Part shown: positions 58,242 to 64,000 of the stretch, piece after piece | Position numbering within the stretch: the stretch's first letter is position 1 | Layout of the letters: every line of letters begins with the position of its first letter | Source of the DNA: Candidatus Zixiibacteriota bacterium | Lineage (GTDB): Bacteria; Zixibacteria; MSB-5A5; UBA10806; 4484-95 | Assembly (NCBI GenBank): GCA_037441845.1 | Contig: JBBIRK010000002.1 | Location: 32,001-96,000, forward strand | Length of the DNA: 64,000 bases | Direction: 5' to 3' | Program-made: the position numbers and the translations under genes | Notes under the pieces: model-generated | What the model saw: the letters and a program-made list of their open reading frames with translations, nothing else | Databases searched by the model: none | Told to the model about the DNA's origin: nothing

Positions 58242-59765
58242 TCAACGCGCATCGAATTCGGCCTTGAACGTCGCCACCGCCCGAGCGATTTCTTCGGCGA
58301 ATGCCTCGCGGAATTTGTCGCTGCGGAGCAATTCCTCGTCTTTTTTATTGGTGATAAATGCGGTTTCCACCAGCACCGACGGCACGAACGCCTTGTTTAA
58401 GACTATAAAGCCGGCCTGGTCGATACCGCGCCTTTCGAGATTCCTCACGTTTCGCAGATTTTCGTGAATCAGTTGAGCCAATTCGGCGGATTCTTTAAGG
58501 TGTTCAGTTTGAATCATGTCCGAAAGTATGAAACCGATATCCGATTTATTGGGCACGTTGGCCGTGGTTTCGAATTTGAAGACTTCGTTTTCGAGAGCGG
58601 CAGCCGCCCGCGCCTGATCGGTCTTCGCATCGGCCAGGAAAAATACTATACTGCCGCGGGCCGATTTGTTCTCGGCGGCATTGCAATGGATAGAAATGAA
58701 CAGGTCGGCGCCGGCTTCATTGGCGATATTCGCTCTGTCGGCCAATGATACGAAACGATCGTCGTCGCGGGTCATGACGACTTCGAATCCGGACTCGCGC
58801 AGTCTGGCCGCCAATCGTTTGGATATATCGAGCACGACATCTTTCTCCAGCAGACCTGAGCGGCCGACCGCACCCTCGTCATCGCCGCCGTGGCCGGGAT
58901 CGATCACTATCACGTCGATAAGACTATCCGCCGGCGCGGGAGTTTCCGCGGAAAGGTTACTTTCGCTGTAGGCCAGGATGGTGTCGCTGAATTCATTGGC
59001 TTTGATCGACAGCTGGATTCGCGGGGGATCGTCTTTATAGCGATCGACGACATTGAACTCACGCGCACTCAGTCTTATCGATAGTTGAGCCGAATTGTCG
59101 AATTGATAAGCCTTGGTTTCGAGCACTTCCCGGGATCGCCTGCCCCCGGTGAAATGATCGGGATTTAATTTGCCCTCATGGATCGTGATAATCAGCCATG
59201 AATCTATCGTCTTCGATATTTCATATTTCAACATCTTGCTTAAAAATATCTCTATCAGCAAGCCGTTGATTTTGGCCTGTGAGACCAAATCGAGCACGTT
59301 GTAGTTCGTGGGATATACGCTCAACGTGCTTTTCATTACATCAAGGTCGAATTCGAGATTGAGGAATCTGCCCAGCAACTCAATCGTGCTTTTGCTTGGT
59401 GAGTAAAATTCCCCCCCATGGGAAACGACGTCATGCACGAGATTATAGCTTTTGTCTCCGGCGATTACGTAAGGCGAATACTGGGTGAACGTGATAATTC
59501 TGTCGCTTGTCGTGAGGACGCATTTGCCGGTTTTGAGTTTGGCTGAGTATTCGGCCCCCAAAAAATCGGCCAAAGATTTAAGCGAGATATAATCCGTACC
59601 GTTTTTTGTCAGATACCGAATGTCTGCTCTTCGGTTCCGCTGACTCCAGTAAGCCTTGATTTTTTTCGCCTCCTCGGCGGCACCCGACCCTGCGAACAAC
59701 AGCGTCAGAATCAAAGCGACCGCCGCCATCGATTTCGTTCTGATCGTCGCGCGGGGCATGTTCAT
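58242..59765 (-). CDS. N-acetylmuramoyl-L-alanine amidase (Amidase_3)
   Basis: Signal peptide; VIDPGHGG, EKDVVL, FISIHCNA, PSVLVETAFITN. Confidence 0.93.
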   Translation of the reverse strand: MNMPRATIRTKSMAAVALILTLLFAGSGAAEEAKKIKAYWSQRNRRADIRYLTKNGTDYISLKSLADFLGAEYSAKLKTGKCVLTTSDRIITFTQYSPYVIAGDKSYNLVHDVVSHGGEFYSPSKSTIELLGRFLNLEFDLDVMKSTLSVYPTNYNVLDLVSQAKINGLLIEIFLSKMLKYEISKTIDSWLIITIHEGKLNPDHFTGGRRSREVLETKAYQFDNSAQLSIRLSAREFNVVDRYKDDPPRIQLSIKANEFSDTILAYSESNLSAETPAPADSLIDVIVIDPGHGGDDEGAVGRSGLLEKDVVLDISKRLAARLRESGFEVVMTRDDDRFVSLADRANIANEAGADLFISIHCNAAENKSARGSIVFFLADAKTDQARAAAALENEVFKFETTANVPNKSDIGFILSDMIQTEHLKESAELAQLIHENLRNVRNLERRGIDQAGFIVLNKAFVPSVLVETAFITNKKDEELLRSDKFREAFAEEIARAVATFKAEFDAR

Positions 59766-59790
59766 TTGTACTCGTCGTCCATCGTGATGT

Positions 59791-60255
59791 TCATGATTTT
59801 CCTCGGAAAGCCCGGCGGATATGCAAATCGGCCTCGCGGCGGGCGATTGCCGCCCGCTTGTCGTATTTGCGTTTCCCACGGGCGACCGCCAATTCCACTT
59901 TGGCGTACGGCCCTTTGAAATAAATCGAAAGCGGTACCAGCGTCATTCCGTCCTGTTCGGTCGCCGCCTGCAACCTTCGTATCTGAATCCTGTGAACTAG
60001 CAGCCGTCTTTTGCGTTCCGGGTCGTGCGCGTAGTGCGAGGCCTTATCGTAGGGTGCTATATGCAGGTTGTGCAGAATCAATTCGCCTTTGGTTATCTGC
60101 GCGAACGAATCTTTGAACGACACTTTGGCCTGGCGCAGCGATTTTACCTCGCTTCCCACCAGCTCGATACCGGCCTCAATCGCGTCCACTATCTCGTAAT
60201 CGTGGCGGGCTTTGCGGTTGGTGGCGACCGTTTTTCTCGTCTTTTCCTGCTCCAT
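59791..60255 (-). CDS. smpB: SsrA-binding protein
   Basis: NRKARHDY, EAGIELVGSEVKSLR, RKRRLLVH, GKRKYDKR. Confidence 0.97.
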   Translation of the reverse strand: MEQEKTRKTVATNRKARHDYEIVDAIEAGIELVGSEVKSLRQAKVSFKDSFAQITKGELILHNLHIAPYDKASHYAHDPERKRRLLVHRIQIRRLQAATEQDGMTLVPLSIYFKGPYAKVELAVARGKRKYDKRAAIARREADLHIRRAFRGKS

Positions 60256-60547
60256 CGTGATTCAATATAGGGGCGCTGCGAAAAATCATCAAGGTGTAAA
60301 ATCCTCGAATGTATAATAACATAAGGCAGACGAAACGGTAAGGCCTTGGCCTGATCCCACGCATGCCGGTTGTCAGAATAAGAGCTCATGATAACAAGTT
60401 AATGATCGGGTCAATCTTCTTTATTTTAATCAGGGCGGTAGTGCGCAAAACTCATTTATTGAGTAAAATCGTCTCCTTCACACCCGCTCGATTTTCGCTG
60501 AACCAAGAATCCAATGTTATGCCAAATCATACTTTAAGGCCATCAAT

Positions 60548-60586
60548 AATTCTCATTTTGAGAACCTAAATTCTCAAATTGAGAAC
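60548..60586. promoter_or_regulatory. Tandem palindromic operator-like sites
   Basis: TTCTCA-N3-TGAGAA at 60550-60564 and 60571-60585 (21-bp period). Confidence 0.6.
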
Positions 60587-60706
60587 GCTCCACTATCTAA
60601 TACCCCTTATTTCATTGCTTTCAGCAATTTCCCAAAGGGTATAAGGCATCGAACATTAAATAGCATTTATATTATGATGACGAATCACTTCAAATGGCCG
60701 AATCGC

Positions 60707-61465
60707 CTATTTCCCCGGCTTCTCCAGAAACGGCTTGAACAGATCTATCGGCACCGGGAAAATCGTGGTCGAATTCTTCTCGCTGGAAACCTCCACCAGG
60801 GTCTGCAGGTAGCGAAGTTGTACACCGACCGGGGTCTGCGCCAGTATCTGGGCCGCTTGATTGATCTTCTCGGCCGCCTGAAGTTCGCCGTCGGCATGGA
60901 TTACCTTGGCCCGGCGTTCGCGTTCGGCCTCCGCCTGGCGCGCTATCGCCCGCTGCATCTCTTGTGGCAAATCCACGTTCTTGACCTCGACCACGCTCAC
61001 CTTGACCCCCCAGGGCTCGGTCTGGCTGTCGATTATTTTCTGCAGTTCTTGATTTATTTTTTCGCGGTTGGAAAGCAGATCATCGAGTTCGACCTGACCA
61101 AGCACCGAACGGAGTGTGGTCTGGCATATCTGCGATGTGGCATAGATATAATCCTCGACATCCACGATCGCCTGATTGGCATCCATAACCCTGAAATAGG
61201 CCACCGCGTTCACTTTCACCGAAACGTTGTCACGAGTTATGATATCCTGCGGCGGCACATCCATAGGCACCGTCCGCAAAGACACCTTGACCATCTTATC
61301 GACTATCGGGATCAGAAGTATCAACCCGGGCCCCTTGGCGCCGATCAATCTCCCCAGCCTGAATACGACCCCTCGTTCGTATTCGCGCAACACTCTGACC
61401 GCCTGGCCCAAAATAAAAACCGCCAAAGCGATTATGACAATCAAGCCGTATAATCCTTCAACCAT
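60707..61465 (-). CDS. SPFH/stomatin-like (slipin) protein
   Basis: [48 protein letters not shown]. Confidence 0.95.
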   Translation of the reverse strand: MVEGLYGLIVIIALAVFILGQAVRVLREYERGVVFRLGRLIGAKGPGLILLIPIVDKMVKVSLRTVPMDVPPQDIITRDNVSVKVNAVAYFRVMDANQAIVDVEDYIYATSQICQTTLRSVLGQVELDDLLSNREKINQELQKIIDSQTEPWGVKVSVVEVKNVDLPQEMQRAIARQAEAERERRAKVIHADGELQAAEKINQAAQILAQTPVGVQLRYLQTLVEVSSEKNSTTIFPVPIDLFKPFLEKPGK

Positions 61466-61483
61466 TCTGTCCTCCTTTGAATA

Positions 61484-62770
61484 TCATGCTTTTTCGACTT
61501 TCAACGTCATTCCCTCTATGCCGGTCACCCTCACTTTCGTTCCCGCAGGCAGATCCGGCGTCGACGATTCCGCCTTCCAGTATTCGCCGTGCACGAACAC
61601 CGTGCCCCGCCCGCCTTCCATCGATTTCACCTCGCCGATCTCCCCTACGATCCCCGCTTTCCCTGTGACCACCTTGCGCTTCTGGGCCTTTATCGCGAAA
61701 TAAAGAACGAACAGGAAAAAAGCCACGGTGAAAATGACCGTGGGAATGATCACCGAAAGCGAAATCCTCATCGCCGGCACGTCAGCGTCTATCAACATAA
61801 GCGACCCCAGTATCAGGCTTATCGTTCCACCGATAGCCAGAATGCCATGGCTTACCACCTTTATTTCCAATAAAAACAACACCGCCGATAGCAACATCAA
61901 AGCCAGACCGGCGTAGTTTATGGGCAAAGTCTGCATGGCGAAAAAAGCCAAAATCAGGCAGATCCCGCCCACCACGCCGGGCACGATCGCCCCCGGATTG
62001 GAAAATTCGAAATAAAGCCCCATCATGCCCAGAGTTAGCAGAATATAGGCGATATTGGGATTGGAAATTATGCCCAGAATTTTATCCGAAATGCTCGGCT
62101 CGATTTTATTGACTTCGGCGTCGATCGTTTTCAGCACCACGGTCCCCGATACTGTCTCCACCGTGTCGCCGTCGATCTTGGCCAACAGGTCGGGGATATC
62201 GACCGCCACGTAGTCGATAACTTTGAGCTCGAGCGCCTCGTATTCGGTTATCGATGCCGATTCGCGCACCGCCTTTTCCGCCCATTCGATATTACGTCCC
62301 CGTTTTTTGGCCAAGGTTTTGATCTTGGCCACCGCATCGTTGGTAATTTTCTCCGACATTATCGAATCAATCTGCCCGCCCATTCCTACCGGATGGGCCG
62401 ATCCGATATTGGTCTGCGGCGCCATGGCGGCGATATGGCAGGCGTAGGTGATATAGACTCCCGCCGAACCGGCCCGCGATCCCGGCGGCGCGATATACAT
62501 GACCACCGGAACGTTCGATGCCAATATGGCGCGGTTTATGTCCCAAGTCGATTCCGTCAGCCCGCCCGGAGTATCAAGTTGAATTATTAGCGCCTGGGCG
62601 CCGTCGTTTTCCGCCCGGTTTATGGCGTTGACGATCATCCGGATAGAGATCGGTCCGATCGCCCCGCTTATCGGCACCAGATCGACATGGGTCGCCTCTC
62701 CCCCTCGGCCGGCCGTCGCCGCTCCCAGACAAAGTAAAACGGCCAGCAGATATTTCCGAAACAGTTTCAT
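61484..62770 (-). CDS. nfeD: NfeD-family membrane-bound ClpP-class serine protease
   Basis: LDTPGGL, RAGSAG, MAPQTNIGSAHPV, C-terminal OB fold VFVHGEYWKA; upstream of SPFH gene. Confidence 0.94.
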   Translation of the reverse strand: MKLFRKYLLAVLLCLGAATAGRGGEATHVDLVPISGAIGPISIRMIVNAINRAENDGAQALIIQLDTPGGLTESTWDINRAILASNVPVVMYIAPPGSRAGSAGVYITYACHIAAMAPQTNIGSAHPVGMGGQIDSIMSEKITNDAVAKIKTLAKKRGRNIEWAEKAVRESASITEYEALELKVIDYVAVDIPDLLAKIDGDTVETVSGTVVLKTIDAEVNKIEPSISDKILGIISNPNIAYILLTLGMMGLYFEFSNPGAIVPGVVGGICLILAFFAMQTLPINYAGLALMLLSAVLFLLEIKVVSHGILAIGGTISLILGSLMLIDADVPAMRISLSVIIPTVIFTVAFFLFVLYFAIKAQKRKVVTGKAGIVGEIGEVKSMEGGRGTVFVHGEYWKAESSTPDLPAGTKVRVTGIEGMTLKVEKA

Positions 62771-63364
62771 GAATCTGTCCTTTGCATTCTCGAGCTTAAT
62801 TGTAAAGTTATTCACGATAACTGTCAACATAAATAAGGGGATACTTCGTGCCGCGTCCCGTACTTCAATCGAATTATCAGGCAACTCGATTGTATAACGG
62901 TAATGACCGGAGTAGTATATGGAGTAGCGCATATGGACAATTCGTCAATCAGCCGATTAACTCGATTCCCTGAAACGAATGGACCCGATACTCTTTTTCT
63001 TGCGCCTTGCCCGTGACCGAAATTCTATAACATGCGTTGCCGGAAAAAGCGGATTCGACGATGACTCGGCTTTTGGCATCGCAACAAAAAAATCGCCGCC
63101 AAAGGACGATTCCTGAACTGCTGTAAAAATGGGGATCGGCCTCTGGCCGCCCGGATTAAAATTCAGTCAAATCAGATAGACCCAGTTTGCTATTGACGTC
63201 TGCTGCCCTGTTTATGAAATCGCTTGCATAAAGAGCCTTTGCCATATGTTTCTGCCCAATTCGGCCTTCGACGCTGCATGGTTAAGCGGCCGTAACTTAT
63301 TATCATACATCTTGATACCCGAGCTGGCAACGACCCCGATTTTTCCTGCGACACACCTGTCTCA

Positions 63365-63379
63365 TGGCACGCAAATTGC
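63365..63379 (+). promoter_or_regulatory. Sigma-54 (-24/-12) promoter
   Basis: TGGCACGCAAATTGC matches TGGCACG-N4-TTGC exactly. Confidence 0.8.
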
Positions 63380-63417
63380 CCCTATCGAGGACAACAGGTT
63401 TTTGGGTCTTTGACAAT

Positions 63418-63494
63418 GCGCGGGAGTGGTGTAGGCTGGACCCTTCCAGCCACCCCGAATGATTCGGGGCATCCCCCCTCCGCCACTCCTGCGC
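63418..63494 (+). ncRNA. Candidate structured RNA (three-way junction) leader
   Basis: P1 14 bp (63418-31/63481-94), P2 GGCTGGA/TCCAGCC, P3 CCCCGAA/TTCGGGG. Confidence 0.6.
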
Positions 63495-63515
63495 TTGAAA
63501 AAAATGGAGTGACTG

Positions 63516-63623
63516 ATGTTCGTGTTCAACGAGGACAATTGTATCAAACCCAGGCCATATATATTGCATGGCATGATTCTCGTTTTGATACTTACGGCGA
63601 TCGTACTGATCCCGCTGAATTAA
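63516..63623 (+). CDS. 35-aa single-pass membrane peptide MFVFNEDNCIKPRPYILHGMILVLILTAIVLIPLN
   Basis: GGAG SD 6 nt before ATG; hydrophobic C-terminal half; below ORF-track cutoff. Confidence 0.55.
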   Translation: MFVFNEDNCIKPRPYILHGMILVLILTAIVLIPLN

Positions 63624-63779
63624 GCTCATTAAAATTCATACCCGTGCCGCCGCCGTTCGTATCCGAGCGCTGACTCTTCAAATCCGCCGATTAAGTTCCG
63701 CCTGAAATCGCTCGAAAATATAATATGGCGCGAAACTTTACCGTCGCCACAGCGATTTATTCAATGTAGGAAGAAATTG

Positions 63780-64000
63780 ATGAAAAATTCCGATTTCGAT
63801 AAGTTCAAGCGCGGTTTTTTGGAAAATATTTTAGGCGCGGTGGGAAATACGCCGCTGGTGCGTCTTACCAATTTAGCCCCGAAAAACGGTGTCGAGATCT
63901 ACGTCAAACCGGAGTTTCTCAATCCCGGCGGTTCGATTAAAGACCGAATGGCTCTCTACATAATCGAGAAAGCCGAGCGCGAGGGGCGGCTGAAACCGGG
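63780..64000 (+). CDS. PLP-dependent cysteine synthase/cystathionine beta-synthase family protein (runs off window)
   Basis: ILGAVGNTPLVRL..IYVKPEFLNPGGSIKDRMA..AEREGRLKP. Confidence 0.92.
   Translation, partial: MKNSDFDKFKRGFLENILGAVGNTPLVRLTNLAPKNGVEIYVKPEFLNPGGSIKDRMALYIIEKAEREGRLKP

Noticed and set aside
60508..60524. Sigma-54 promoter on minus strand near the tandem palindromes
   Set aside because: TGGCATAACATTGGA lacks the GC at -12 with correct spacing
60256..60706. tmRNA (ssrA) next to smpB
   Set aside because: No tRNA-Ala-like ends (GGGG..GGATTCGAC / TCCACCA) or tag-peptide frame found on either strand
62771..62932. 54-aa N-terminal extension of NfeD
   Set aside because: Signal peptide begins at ATG 62770; extension is probably untranslated
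63303..63673. ORF-track ORFs 63303-63629(-), 63362-63574(-), 63410-63673(+)
   Set aside because: No SD or protein-like motifs; region better explained by the promoter, RNA structure and 35-aa ORF

Overview
Gene-dense bacterial chromosomal segment, mostly housekeeping and envelope genes. No integrase, transposase, CRISPR array or rRNA was recognised. A secreted protease with a C-terminal duplicated dockerin-like module, plus a TonB-receptor/T9SS-CTD/PorV-like operon, suggest an FCB-superphylum organism such as candidate phylum Zixibacteria (inference). Recognisable genes: surE, mscL, coaD, rsmD, anmK, nagZ, cheV, rdgB, murI, smpB, nfeD/SPFH, wbpB-like, tRNA-Glu(TTC) and tRNA-Arg(ACG). The most interesting signals are missing from the ORF track: (1) a consensus sigma-54 promoter followed by a three-way-junction RNA leader and a 35-aa membrane peptide (63365-63623); (2) a stand-alone ~77-nt hairpin sRNA candidate with consensus sigma-70 hexamers and an exposed anti-Shine-Dalgarno loop (56383-56493); (3) a complete promoter-RBS-ORF-terminator unit for a 20-aa lysine-rich peptide (15670-15848, minus). 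Also notable: a four-gene outer-membrane system (TonB receptor with a Ca-binding repeat insert, CTD-bearing protein, PorV-like barrel, lipoprotein); a putative sigma-28 divergon (sensorless kinase-CheV and a mini flagellar-rod-like protein); a shared ECF promoter motif; a diguanylate cyclase heading a peptidoglycan-recycling operon; and an ATP-grasp/LMW-phosphatase fusion. All calls come from reading motifs by eye; no database searches were run.
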